From Malacoraja senta (lineage: Eukaryota): DNA of 64,000 nucleotides. Location of the stretch: NCBI GenBank assembly GCA_038087875.1, contig CM075990.1:1-64000 (forward strand). The letters are read 5' to 3'. The position numbers were made by a program, and so were the translations under genes. How positions within the stretch are numbered: the stretch's first letter is position 1; each line of letters opens with the position of its first letter. Positions 50,137 through 63,598 of this stretch are shown here, piece after piece. The notes under the pieces were generated by a model. The model saw nothing but the letters and a program-made list of their open reading frames with translations, was not told the origin of the DNA and did no database searches.

Positions 50137-50432
50137 GTGGCACAGTGGCGCAGCGGTAGAGCTGCTGCATTACAGCGCCAGAAACTCGGGTTCGATCCCA
50201 ACTGCCGGTGCTGTTTGTACGGAGTTTGTACGTTCTCCCCGTGACCTGCGTGGGTTTTCTCCGAGATCTTCGGTTTCCTCCCACACTCCAAAGACGTGCA
50301 GGATTGTTGGTTAATTGGCTTGATGTAAAAGTAAATTGTCCCTAGTGTGTACGATAGTGTTAATATTGCAGCCAGTGCAGACTCAGTGGGCTAAGGGCCT
50401 GTTTCTGCACTGTATCTCAAAACTAAAAAACT
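50137..50432 (+). mobile_element. V-SINE/HE1-like SINE
   Basis: GTGGCGCAGCGG head, GGTTCGATCC, GGGCCTGTTTC tail. Confidence 0.85.
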
Positions 50433-50969
50433 AAAATCAAATTTGCTTACCGAGGGAAATGCAAAAGGCAAGATTATAGCAAGAGCAGTGAGATAACTTG
50501 TGAGAGAGTCTGTTTCCTCCACCCAGACCAAAATAATGCCTCCTTCTACCACCAGATCTTCAGCTGATTTCACCCTTGTTTCATGTTCCTTACCTTCCCC
50601 TGCCCCTGAGTTCAATATTCCTGGCCGCCATCCTATCCCATACCGCACCCTTCACCAGTCTGAGCTCATCGCCACCATTGCTGTTGATGTAATTCACCCC
50701 TTGTCCTCTCATCCATCATCTCTCGCACACTGATCACACTGGCTGCTCTCGAGCAATGAGATGATTTAAAAATCATCAACCCCCTTGCAAATCCCAGCCC
50801 ACACCCTGCCTGCCTCTTGCTGCTCCCCTCTCCAGCGCTGTGACACATGGAGACATGGTCCCTGGGCTTAGCGCCTGGTACAAGCTTCACGTTAACTGTA
50901 ACCCACTGGCGGGTGCACAGTCTAATCTAATACCAGCAGTCACTCCACAAACACTCCAGCTCATACATC

Positions 50970-51830
50970 CCACCACACACACAGACACACACCACACACA
51001 TGTACACACACAAAGAGGCACACAAATACACTCACAAATACAATCACACACACAAATCACACATATGTATGCACATGCACACCCAAACACACATATGTAC
51101 ATACAAATGTATGCATACACATACGGACACACAGACACATATAGATTCACGCCACACACATGCACACTACAAAGTTATGTACAGACATACACTCATACAG
51201 ACACATGAACACATAGACACACGACATACACAAGCACACTACAAAGTAATCTACAGACATACACACATACAGACACACAAACACACAAAATAGATACATG
51301 ACACACACATGCACACTACAAATTTATGCACACACAAAACACATATACTCCAAATATAACTACTCTCCACAAAACATTCCCCAACACACTCTTCACGCAC
51401 ACATCTCCTCAACATTCACGTAACCAACAATCAACCCATTACCTCCCAAATCTTATCGCAATCACAGCCAACTCCCAGACACGCCATCACCCTCAAACAC
51501 ACACCATCTCCACCAGCAGTGCAGCCCCACAAAACACACCATCACTCCATACATCATAACTCACCACCACACACCATCTCTCACCCCCACACAAAGCCCC
51601 GGACACTACCCCACCCCACCCCACCCCATCCACACACACACTCTAGTCCATTAACCATCCTACATGCCGTACGCCCCATGCACACACTATACCCCACACA
51701 CCATCCCAATCACCTCACCCACGTTGTACCCATGCACCACCCACACTCCAAGCACCACACCCACCCCCACCCCGGGATCGAACACCGCCACCTCCCCGAC
51801 CTATATACACTGCTCTCCTCAAACACCACA
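50970..51830. repeat. Degenerate CA-rich low-complexity region
   Basis: Imperfect (CA)n and CCAC runs. Confidence 0.85.
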
Positions 51831-51834
51831 CATC

Positions 51835-52166
51835 ACGGTGGCACGGTGGCGTAGCGGTGGAGTTGCTGCCTTACACCACTTCCAGACCCGGGTTCGATCC
51901 CGACTATGGGTGCAGTCTGCACGGAGTTGGTACGTTCTCCCGTGGGTTTGTACGTTGATCACATGGGTTTGCTCCGAGATGTTCAGTTTCCGCCCACACT
52001 CCAAAGACGCGCTGGGTTGTAGGTTAATTGGCTTGGTATGAGTGTAAATTGTCCCCATTGTGTGTAGGATAGGGTTAATGAGCGGGGATCGCTGGTGGGT
52101 GCGGACTCGGTGGGCAGAAGGGCCTGATTCTGTGCTGTATCTCTAAATGAAGCTAAACTAAACTAA
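51835..52166 (+). mobile_element. V-SINE/HE1-like SINE
   Basis: Full head, GGTTCGATCC, central domain, (AAACT)n tail. Confidence 0.87.
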
Positions 52167-54186
52167 ATCACCCCACACTGTGCACTTTCACCTCCCCATG
52201 CAGCAACCCACCAGCACCACCACCTCCACACACACCACCTCCACACACCATACACCACCACACACCACCACCACACACCACCACACACCACCACACACCA
52301 CCACCACACACCACCACACACACACCACCACACACCACCACACACCACCACACACCACCACACACCACCACACACCACCACACACCACACACCACACCAC
52401 CCACCACACACCCCACACCCCACACACACTACACACCACCACACCACCACACACCACACACCACCACACCACACACCCCACACACACCACACACCACCAC
52501 ACCACACACCACACACACACCACACACCACCACACCACACACCCCACACACACCACACACCACCACACCACACACCACACACACACCACACACCACCACA
52601 CCACACACCCCACACACACCACACACCACCACACCACACACCACCTCCACACACCACACACCCCACACCCCTCACTGTGCACTTTCACCTCCCCATGCAG
52701 CAACCCACCATCACCACCACCACCACCACACACCACACACCACCACACACCACCACCACACACCACACACCACCACACACCACCACCACACACCACACAT
52801 CACCACACACCACCACACACACACACCAAACACCACACACCACCCACCACCACACACCACCACACACCACCACACCACACACCACCACACACCACCACAC
52901 ACCACACACCACCACACACCACCACACACCACACACCACCACACACCACCACACACCACCACACCCACACACCACCACACACCACCACACACCACACACC
53001 CACACACCACCACACACCACCACACACCACCACACACCACACACACCACACACCACCACACCACACACCACCACACACCACACACCACCACACCACACAC
53101 CACCACACACCACACACCACCACACACCACCACACACCACCACACACCACCACACACACACCACACACCACCACACACCACCACACACCACACACCACCA
53201 CACACCACCACACACCACACACCACACACACCACCACACACCACACACCACCACACACACCACCACACACACCACACACCACCACACACACCACACACCA
53301 CACACACACGACACACCACCACACACCACCACACACACACACCACACACCACCACACACACCACACACCACACACCACCACACACCACCACACACACCAC
53401 ACACCACACACCACACCACACACCACACACACCACACACACACACACACACACCACACACCACACACCACCCACACCACACACCACACACCACCACCACA
53501 CACCACACACCACACACACACACCACCACACCACACACACCACCACACACCACACACCACCACCACACAACACACACCACCACACATCACCACACACCAC
53601 CACACACCACCACACACCACCACACACCACCACACACCACCACCACACACCACACACCACACACCACCACACCACCACACACCACCACACACCACCACCA
53701 CACGCCACACACCATACACCACACACCACCATACACCACACACACCACACATACACCACACCACCACACACCACCACACACCACTACACACCACCACACA
53801 CCACCACACACCACCACACACCACCACACACCACCACACACCACCACCACACACACACACCACACACCACCACACCACCACCACACACCACACACACCAC
53901 CACCACACACCACACACCCACACCACACACCACCACACACCACACACCACCACACACCACCACACACCACACACCACACACCACCACACACCACCACACA
54001 CCACACCACCACACCACCACACACCACACACCACCACACACCACCACACACCAGACACCACCACACACCACCATACACCACACACCACCACCATACACCA
54101 CCCACACCACACACACCACCACCACACACCACCACCACACCACCCACCACCACACCACCCACCACACACCACCCCACACCACCACT
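52167..54186. repeat. Irregular C/A-only simple repeat (CACCACACAC-like), about 2 kb
   Basis: Almost no G or T on + strand; irregular mix of CA and CCA units. Confidence 0.95.
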
Positions 54187-54289
54187 AAACACTCTCTTCC
54201 AGCACTGCACTGTCCCAACCCACAAACATCAGCCATGCACACTCACCCCCCTGCACATTATATTTCGCTTGGACGGCTTACTACCCAGT

Positions 54290-54640
54290 GCTATGAATAT
54301 TGACTTCTCTAACTTCCCTCTCTCTCTATCCCTCCCCCACCCTAATCCAAAGTTTGACCATCCTCCTGCTTAAATTTTATCTTTGTATGCCTCATTGTCA
54401 CCTTCCCCTAGCTAACATTGATCTATTATACATGTTCCTTGATCTTCGTCCCTTGATCTCTTGTTTTCAATCCTTACCTTTCCAAATCTCTGCGTCTCCA
54501 TCTCCCCTGACTCTCAGTCTGAAGAAGGGCCTCGACCTGAAACGTCACCCATTCCTTCTCTCCAGTGATGCTGCCTGTGCCGCTGAGTATTTTGTGTCTA
54601 TCATCGGTGTAACCCAGCATCTGCAGTTCCCTCCTACCCA
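54290..54640 (+). mobile_element. Penelope 3' end / pLTR
   Basis: ATGAATATTGACTTCTCTAAC (MNIDFSN), CTGAAGAAGGG..GAAACGTC, CTGCAGTTCC end. Confidence 0.78.
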
Positions 54641-54849
54641 TCCCACACACCCCTCCTAGACCCTGCCCCCAAACATCACCCCACACCTCCACACAAAACC
54701 CCAACATCACCTTGCACAATTCTCATCCAAACCACACCCCAAACATCAACCCAAACCCCCACACAATATTCCCCAAACATCAACACATACCCCAAACCCA
54801 AACACTACTGAATACCCCCATACAACACTCCAATGCCCCAACCTGTACT

Positions 54850-55320
54850 CCATGAGGGTTTACATATGATGAGGAATTTATGGCACTGGGCCTCTACTCG
54901 CTGGAGTTTAGAAGAATGAGGGGGAGCCTCATTGAAACTTACTGACTAGTGAAAGGCCTGGATAGAGTGAACGTGGAGAGGATGTTTCCACTAGAGGGAG
55001 AGTCTTAGACCGGAGGTCATCCCTCAGAATTAAAGGACGTTCCTTTAGGAAGGAGATGAGGAAGGAGATTTCTTTACTCAGAGGGTGGTGCATCTGTGGA
55101 ATTCATTGCCACAGAAGGCTGTGGAGGCCAAATCAATGGATATTTTCAAGGCAGACATAGATAGATTTCTGATTAGTCCAGGTGTCAGAGGTTATGGGGA
55201 GAAGACGGCAGAATGAGGTTAGGAGGGAGAGATAGATCACCCATGATTGAATGGCAGAGTAGAATTGATGGGCCAAATAGCCTAATTCTGCTCCTAACAC
55301 TTATGAATTTACGAATTTAT
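54850..55320 (+). mobile_element. CR1 3' fragment (older subfamily)
   Basis: GLYSLEFRRMRG..VERMFPL; TTATGA-type tail; related to 12165-12700. Confidence 0.82.
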
Positions 55321-55631
55321 GATGTAGGAATGGGATTAACAGACATAAGGAGCATGGCCTGTGCATCCACAGCACCTCGAAGATCCAGACAAAACAAGCT
55401 CCATTTTAACACAAAGTAATAAAAGGAGTGAATCATCATGGTGAGTGTTTGGCCCAAAGGTGGATTGGAATCTGGACATTGGTTCTGGTTGTGGCATGGT
55501 TTCTCATCATCTGAGGCTTGAACTATAGATTGTCCAGACTGTTCCATCGGGTGCATGGCCAGAATGAATGGGGAAGAGCCGATGGGGAAGATCTACTCCA
55601 GCCTGAAGTCAGAAGGTTAGTACATGGGATA

Positions 55632-55962
55632 TATTTTGGTCTCCTAACTTGAGGATGGACATTCTTGAGGAAGTGCAGTGTAGGTTCACCTGGTTAATTC
55701 CCGGGATGGTGGAACTGATATATGATGAAAGAATGTATCGACTGGGCTTATATTCACTGGAATTTAGAAGGATGAGAGGGATTCTTATAGAAACATATAA
55801 CATTATAAAAGGGATTGGACAGGCTAGATGCAGGAAAAATGTTCCCGATGTTGGGGGAGTCCAGAACCAGGGGTCACAGTTTAAGAATAAGGGGTTGGCC
55901 ATTTAGGTCTGAGATGAGGATGGCCTACTCCTGCACCTATTTTCTATGTTTCTATGTTTCTA
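55632..55962 (+). mobile_element. CR1 3' fragment with internal deletion
   Basis: LIPGM..GLYSLEFRRMRG; jumps from GAGATGAGGA directly to TGGCCTACTCC; (TTTCTATG)n tail. Confidence 0.82.
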
Positions 55963-56230
55963 TATTCAGCAAGAGCAGTGGGAAGAAATCAAATTAAAGA
56001 GATTGTTTCCACAATAGTCAGTCTTGCATACACTTGAGGCTGGAATTCTGCAGTCATATCTTCAGAGTTTCTTCATATCTGCATAGGAAGCTGAAGAATG
56101 TCCTTATACAGGTTTATAAAGTCAATTGGGCATCAATAGAGTAGATAGTCACGTCTTTTTTTTCCCCAGAAAGGGGAGTCTAAAGCTACAAGGCGTGATT
56201 TAAAAGTGAGAGGGGAATGATTTAAAGGGG

Positions 56231-56893
56231 CTTCAGCGGCGGGCGCAGCGGGAACTCTCCGCGTGGAGTGGGCCAGCCCTCGCTGGGGCTCGCCGGAGGG
56301 GAGCGCTCCATTTCGCTGGCCCGCGGCAGCCTGAAGCCGCGGTCTGCAGAGTTCCAGCTGGCGCGGCGTCCGCAGCCTGGGATCCCACGTGGGGGACCAT
56401 GGAGAAGAAGAAGCTTCCACCGCCGGCCCGTGGCCTACTTCTACCGCGGGCCGGCGTGGAATTACCATCACCCCTGGAGGGGAGTTTCGACCGCCGGCCC
56501 TGCGGTCTGCGGTGCTTCTGGCTGCGGTGCGGCGGGAACTTTAAATCTTCGACCGCCTGCCTGCGACCTACACCAACCTGAAGCCGCGGTCTCCGGTGGG
56601 GAGGCACCAATTCAGGACTTACCTGGACTTACCCTGTCTAAACATCTGGACGCCCGCAGCGACGGCTACGGAGGGTTGAGGTCCCGACCACGGGGGAAAA
56701 TGGAAGAGGACTGACCAAGTTTTGTGCCTTCCACCACAGTGATGAATGCTGTGGTGGATGTTTGTGTTAAATTTTTATTGTGTATTGTGTGTTCTTTATC
56801 ATTGTACCGCTGCTGGCAAATTCATTTAACTTGCACTTTATGTGCAATGTGACGAATAAAACCGTATTGTATTGTTGTATTGTATTGTATTGT
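56231..56893 (+). mobile_element. GC/CpG-rich non-coding retroposon with Rex1-like 3' tail
   Basis: Ends hairpin TTGCAC-TTTAT-GTGCAA, TGTGACGAATAAA, (TATTG)n; follows a CR1 fragment. Confidence 0.6.
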
Positions 56894-56919
56894 AAAGGTC
56901 TAAATCTTTCATATTGAGG

Positions 56920-57230
56920 AGGTGTGAAAATGCACAGCTCCAGATTCAGGGACAGTTTCTTCCCTGCTGTTATCATGCAACTGAATCATCCAACCACAGC
57001 AAGAGAACAGTGCTGAACTACCATCTACCTCATTGGTGACCCTCAGACTATCCTTGATCGGGCTTTGCTGGCTTTACTAAGCCACACTAAATATTATTCC
57101 TTTATCTTGTATCTTTACACTGTAAATGGCTCGATTTTAATCATGTATTGTCTTTCTGCTGACTGAATAGCACGCAACAAAAGCTTTTCATGGTGCCTCG
57201 GTAAACGTGACAATAAACTGAACTGAACTG
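56920..57230 (+). mobile_element. Rex1-related 3' fragment
   Basis: Homologous to 11212-11520; TGACAATAAACTGAACTGAACTG tail. Confidence 0.8.
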
Positions 57231-58161
57231 AGGAGGTGGTGGAGGCAGGTACAATTACAAAGTTAAAAACATTTAAACAGGTATTTGAATCGGCAAAGTT
57301 TAGAGGGAAATAGACCAGCCCCAGGCAAATGGAACCAGCTCAGAAATCACCTTGGTTGACGAGGACAAGTTGGACCAAAGGGCTGAATAAGACTGTAGCT
57401 TGCTCAACCTAGATTAATGGAACCAAACGTTGAGATTGTGCAGTGGAGGCAGCCTGTATCCGACATATCCAGAACATGACCAAAGTTTAATACCCCAACA
57501 TGCCATGAGATACCAAAGGCTCTCTAAAAAAATAAAGCTGTGAGAAGTGGTAGAAAGAGATGTATTTGCTGAGTGCAGCTGTACCTTTTCTTCGCTAACC
57601 TCCTGTGGTTTTGTCTATCCAGAAATCTATGACCTACACAATAAATAATCTAATAGCTCGAAATGTCTACATTCTGTATGCAAAATATTACAATTGCAAA
57701 CAATGAGGGGCTGTTGAGTGAAGAAACACTAAAATTGGATTCCAGCCATTGAAACAAATAAGCAGCTATCTTGATTGAAACCCTGCTGAGCCTAAAGGGC
57801 TGATGTGTTGTGTGACGAGCTTCTTTCAAAGGAAATTATTGCTGTGAAAATCTTAAACTTTGTGTTTTCACATCAAAAAAGACACTCCATCGTAAATATG
57901 AATGCATTGATTATTTTTTCCAGTTATTGCAATTTAATATTGTATTAAAATATTAAATACTAGACTAAGTGGGACCCGTTGGGTCCCATGTTCACACGGG
58001 AGGGCTGGTCCCCCAACGCAATATTCCACCTCTCCAACAATTCCAATATTGGTGGCCAGTGGGGGGGGGGCGGCTTTCAGGAGCGCTAGTATGGGTGTTG
58101 TGGGCCAAAGAGACTGGTTTCCAGAGGGCTCGTATGGACATTGTGGGCCAAATGGATTAAT

Positions 58162-58654
58162 GGGCTGGCAGCTCAGTTACTCAGGCCTGGTGGGCTAGCA
58201 GCTCAGTCACTCAGGCCTGGAGGGCCTGCAGCTCAATCACTGAAGCCTGGAGGGCTGGCAGCTCAGTCACTCTGGCCTGGTGGGCTGGCAACTCAGTCAC
58301 TCAGGCCTGGTGGGCTGGCAGCTCAGTCACTCAGGCATGGTGGGCTGGCAGCTCAGTCACTCAGGCCTGGTGGGCTGGCACCTCAGTCACTCAGGCCTGG
58401 TGGGCTGGCAGCTCAGTCACTCCGCCTGGTGGGCTGGCAGCTCAGTCACTCAGGCCTGGTGGGCTGGCAGCTCAGTCACTGTGGCCTGGTGGGCTGGCAG
58501 CTCAGTTACTCAGGCCTGGTGGGCTGGCAGCTCAGTCACTCAGGCCTGGTGGGCTGGCAGCTCAGTCACTGTGGCCTGGTGGGCTGGCAGCTCAGTCACT
58601 CAGGCCTGGTGGGCTGGCAGCTCAGTCACTCAGGGTTGGTGGGCTGGCAGCTCA
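58162..58654. repeat. 30-bp minisatellite, about 16 units
   Basis: Same unit as 43753-43965. Confidence 0.93.
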
Positions 58655-59019
58655 GAAACTGCCAGAAATTCTGCCCAAAATATGTGAGAAACTCTGTGAG
58701 AGAGAAGGGGGGGGATGATTGAGAATACATTTTAGACATTTTTCATCTAATTCTGCAGATCACAGCAATGAAGAAGGGATGTCTATCCTGGCCTGGATCT
58801 CACCGGGAGCCAATGAAGGGAGGGAGAAAAATACTGGGGTGAGGTTTAATATTTGCAGGGGGAATATTTACTGATGGGCCAAAGGGACTCCTCCTGGGCT
58901 AGTAAAGGCCTGATGGGCTGAAGAGACTCTTTGGAAAAAAATCTGTGAAATCTCAGTGAAATGACTTTTCCTGGCATCATTTTCATGTCCATTTCACTTC
59001 ATTTCCCTTACCAATTCGG

Positions 59020-59522
59020 TTTCAAGCACAGGGCAGGCCAAACAACTCATCTCATTTTCATTTCCATTTCATTTCATTTCCATTGCCATTTCAGTTTCAA
59101 GCACAGGGCAGGCCAAACATCTCATCTCATTTTCATTTAATTTCATTTCCATTGCCATTTCAGTTTCAAGCACAGGGCAGGCCAAACAACTCATCTCATT
59201 TTCATTTCATTTCATTTCCATTGCCATTTCAGTTTCAAGCACAGGGCAGGCCAAACAACTCATCTCATTGTCATTTCATTTCATTTCATTTCATTTCCAT
59301 TGCCATTTCAGTTTCAAGCACAGGGCAGGCCAAACAACTCATCTCATTTTCATTTCATTTAATTTCCATTGCCATTTCAGTTTCAAGCACAGGGCAGGCC
59401 AAACAACTCATCTCATTTTCATTTCATTTCATTTCCATTGCCATTTCAGTTTTAAGCACAGGGCAGGCCAAAGAACTCATCTCATTTTCATTTCATATCA
59501 TTTCCATTGCCATTTCAGTTTC
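59020..59522. repeat. About 69-bp minisatellite
   Basis: Unit contains TTTCAAGCACAGGGCAGGCCAAACAACTCAT plus variable (CATTT)n. Confidence 0.9.
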
Positions 59523-61203
59523 GAGCTCAATGCGTTTTACGCACGCTTTGATAGGGAGAACACTAATGTGCCTTCCCGAGCCCCCATTCGCCGTGATGGT
59601 ATTTCGGACACAGTCACAGAGGCCGACGTCAGAAGATCCTTCAGAGGGGTGAACCCTCGGAAAGCGTCTGGACCTGATGGTATACCCATTTTTTTTTTTT
59701 TTTAAACCTGTGCAGACCAACTGGCTGGAATCTTTACGGACATTTTCAACCTCTCACTTCTGAGGTCTGAGGTTCCCACCTGCTTTTAAAGGGCATCAAT
59801 AATACTGCTGCCCAAGAAGAGCAAGGTGACGTGTCTCAATGACTATCGACCAGTGGCACTAACGTCTGTGGTGATGAAGTGCTTTGAGAGGTTGATCATG
59901 GTGCATATCAACTCCTACCTCGACAAGAACCTGGACCCACTGCAGTTCACTTACCACCACAACAGATCAACGATGGATGCGATCTCACTGGTTCTCCTCT
60001 CTGCTCTGGGCCACTTGGACAACAAAAACTCATATGTCAGGCTGTTATTCATTGACTACAGCTCGGCATTTAATACCATCATCCCCTCCAAGCTGGTTAC
60101 CAAGCTCTCAGGTTTGGGTCTCTGCGCATCCCTCTGCAATTGCATCCTCGACTTCCTCGTTCACAGACAACAGTCTGTCCGTATTGGTGAAAATGTGTCA
60201 TCCTCGATAACAATCAGCACGGGAGCACCTCAAGGCTCCGTGTTCAGCCCCCTGCTTTACTCACTCTATACTCATGACTGCGTAGCCGGTCATAGTGCGA
60301 ACTCCATCATTAAGTTTGCTGCCGACACCACTGTTGTAGGACGTATCACTGATGGGGACGAGTCAGAGTATAGAAGTGAGATCGACCGACTGACCAAATG
60401 GTGCCAGCACAATAACCTGGCTCTCAACACCAGCAAAACCAAGGAACTGATTGTGGACTTTGGAAGGGGTAGGATAGGGACCCACAATCCCATTTATATC
60501 AACGGGTCGATGGTGGAAAAGGTCAAGAACTTCAAATTCCTGGGCGTGCATATTTCTGAAGATCTCTCCTGGTCCCAGCACACTGATGCAATTATAAAGA
60601 AAGCACATCAGCGCCTCTACTTCCTGGGAAGATTACGGAAAGTCGGAATGTCAAGGAGGACTCTCTCGAACTTCTACAGATGCACAATAGAGAGCATGCT
60701 GACCAGTTGCATCGTGGCTTGGTTCGGGAACTTGAGCGTCCAGGAGCGGAAAAGGCTGCAAAAAGTTGTAAACACTGCCCAGGCCATCACTGGTTCTGAC
60801 GTCCCTACTATCGAGTGGATCTATCTCAGTCGCTGCCTCAAAAAGGCTGCCAGCATCATCAAGGACCCACACCATCCTGGCCACAAACTCATCTCTCCAC
60901 TGCCATCAGGTGGATGGTACAGGCGCCTGAAATCTGGTACATCCAGGTTCAGGAACAGCTGCTTCCCCACAGCCATCAGACTATTAAACACAACTTCAAA
61001 CAAACTCAGAACTATAATTGCACTTTAGCCTATTGCACTTTATCTGTTTATTTATGTGTGTATATATGGTCTCTGGTATATGGACACACTGATCTGTTCT
61101 GTATTTATGCCTACAATATTCTGTTGTGCTGCAGCAAGCAAGAATTTCATTGTCCTATCTGGGACACATGACAATAAACCCTCTTGATTTGACTTGACTT
61201 GAA
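59523..61203 (+). mobile_element. Rex1/Babar-clade LINE, 5'-truncated, RT inactive
   Basis: [58 protein letters not shown] (FADD mutated); TGACAATAAA + (GACTT)n tail. Confidence 0.92.
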
Positions 61204-61553
61204 CTTCAAGATAAATAAATTACTTACAGCACAGTGTAAGGATCAGTGTCAGTTCCCTTTTCGTTTAGTAAATTCCTTTTTGCAAAATCGGCAGTAATTC
61301 AATTGGTCGTCTTGGTGTAAGGTAGGAAGGTAGGAAAAGACATAAGACTGACATGACTGATTTGAATAGGTTCCTTTTTCGAAGAATAGAATAACTAATT
61401 ATCATTCCAGATGATGAAGTGCATTTTGTCAATTCGTTATTTTGAAGAACAAAAAATCAACATTTTAATATGACGGTCACATTGTGAGAAAATCTGCTCA
61501 ACCTTTGCTCACACCACCATCTGATTGTGGTGGGAGATGGGAATATTGTTTTA

Positions 61554-61850
61554 TTTAGTTTAGTTTGGTTTAGAGATACAGTGCTGAAACATACCCTTCG
61601 GCCCACCGAGTCCGCACCAACCAGAAATCTCCAGACATTAACACCACCCTACACACACTAGGGACAATTTACATTTATACCAAGCCAATTAACCTACAAA
61701 CCTGTCTGTCTTTTGAGTAAGGGAGGAAACTGAAGATTTCGGAGAAAACCCATGCAGGTCACGGGGAGAACGTACATACTCCATACAGACAGCACCCGTA
61801 GTCAGGATCGAACCCGGATCTCTGGCGCCTTAAAGCAGCAACTCTACCAC
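61554..61850 (-). mobile_element. V-SINE/HE1-like SINE, head truncated
   Basis: Reverse complement of the SINE consensus. Confidence 0.85.
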
Positions 61851-62157
61851 ATTCTCCCAGAAACAACACCCCCATCCCTAACCTGACCTTTGCCACAATT
61901 TACAACTTATCCTCATCAACAGAGAACAGTTGAGGAAAGAAACATCTCTATGGATGCTGCCTTATCTACTGGGCATTCTGTGTGTTCTCTGTTCTTAATT
62001 GAATTTCCAACTTATCTGATGAAGCATTGAATGTATATATGAGTAAGTGCCTAAAATATAATGGCAATCCAGAGTACATTATTAATGAAGAATTATCATT
62101 TTCGTCATTACCTTACAATACAGCTCTTTGATTAGCGATTAACGTTCACATCATGAA

Positions 62158-62720
62158 AGTACACAAAAATGTTGGAGAAACTCAGCGGGTGAGGCAGCAT
62201 CTATGGAGAGAAGGAATAGGCAACATTTCGGGGCAAGACCCTTCTCCAGACTTATGTCTGGGGGAGCGGGAAAAAGAAAGAAAGAGGTGGAGACAGGAGG
62301 CTTGTGGTAGAGCTGGGATGGGGAGGGGAAGGAGGGAGAAAGCAAAGACTATCTGAAATTGGAGAAATCGATGTTCATACCGCTGGGGCGTAAACTACTC
62401 AAGCGAAATATGAGGTGCTGCTCCTCCAATTTGCACTGGGCCTCACTCTGGCCATGGAAGAGGCCCAGGATAGAAAGGTTGGATTCGGAATGGGAGGGGG
62501 AGTTGAAGTGCTGAGCCACCGGGAGACCAGGTTGGTTATTGCGAACTGTGCGGAGGTGTTGGGCGAAGTGATCGCCAAGCCTGCGCTTAGTCTCGCCGAT
62601 GTAGAGAAGTTGACACCTGGAACAGCGGATGCAGTAGATGAGGTTGGATGAGGTGCAGGTGAACCTCTGCTTCACCTGGAAAGATGGCTTGGGTCCTTGG
62701 ATGGAGTCGAGGGGGGAGAT
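62158..62720 (-). mobile_element. Penelope 3' fragment (GIY-YIG + pLTR)
   Basis: NLIYCIRC..LYIGETKRRL..EEQHLIFRL..MNIDFSNFR; TCACATCATGAAAGT on both sides (62146-62160, 62720-62734) as probable TSD. Confidence 0.9.
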
Positions 62721-62968
62721 CACATCATGAAAGTTGTTTTCTGTCCTTTAATTGCACGTGCATATAGACACAATTTTTCTCAGGTGTTCAGTTTATATGC
62801 ATAATTTTTATATTGAATGTCATGAGCTTCTCTTTAAACAAATCATGAGATGTTTTATTCTGTGGGCAAGCATTTCCATTGTGTCAGAGGTTAAAATATC
62901 CACCTGGAGAACTCCAAGGTAATAATATTTTTGGAACAAATACACATAAGCGCTGCTATATCTTCTAG

Positions 62969-63195
62969 GGCGGCATGGTGGCACAGCAGTAGATTTGCTG
63001 CCTTGCAGCGCTTTCAGTGCCAGAGACCCAGGTTTGATCCTGACTACGGGTGCTGTTTGTACAGACTTTGTACGTTCTCCAGGTGACCTGCGTGGGCTTT
63101 CTCCGAGATCTTTGCTTTCCTCCCACACTCCAAAGACGTACAGTTTTGATGGCTGGTGTGGACTCGATGGGCCGAAGGGCCTGCATCTCTAAAAC
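62969..63195 (+). mobile_element. V-SINE/HE1-like SINE with internal deletion
   Basis: GGGCGGCATGGTGGCACAGC head, central domain, GGGCCGAAGGGCCTG tail. Confidence 0.8.
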
Positions 63196-63598
63196 AAAAA
63201 AAAATAGAACTATATCTACAACAAATAATTGAATGGCACGTGTAGTAATTAAAAGAATGTTATGCTTGGAAGTGAAAGTGCACATTGGAATGAAGCAGGA
63301 ATAAGACCAGTCTTTGGTATTCTGAAATGTTCAAGAAAGGATTACAGTGTAATTAATTTCCAGATGATCAACCAGCTGAGCTGTTAATTAACTGACTAAT
63401 TATTACATTCCTAGTGATTTTAAGTCTAGGTTGTGAGCTGATTAAGGGTGAGTTCAAGGCATGTCACTGCTTGGCAACAACTGACGCATTAATTGGTTTT
63501 AGTTAGGTGAACACTCTTTCTCGCTACACTTCCTGTAGAGTTCCAGTGTTATTAAATTCATCGAGTGGAGTTTTGATTCCAGTACACATGAATGTTTA

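Larger units (their letters stand above)
57960..59522 (-). mobile_element. Non-autonomous Helitron, second copy, 5' end missing
   Basis: Minus strand ends hairpin TGGGACCC-AAC-GGGTCCCA (57970-57988), then CTTAGTCTAG followed by T. Confidence 0.85.

Noticed and set aside
52163..54303. Long His/Thr/Pro-rich and Val/Cys/Gly/Trp-rich ORFs (up to 707 aa)
   Set aside because: Open in nearly all frames because a C/A-only repeat cannot form stop codons
58141..58722. Repeat ORFs (GGLAAQSLRP)n; also possible CRISPR-like array
   Set aside because: 30-bp head-to-tail minisatellite with no unique spacers and no cas genes; eukaryotic context
59826..61028. 400-aa RT ORF as functional
   Set aside because: Catalytic FADD reads FAAD; upstream stop and poly(T) frameshift; element 5'-truncated
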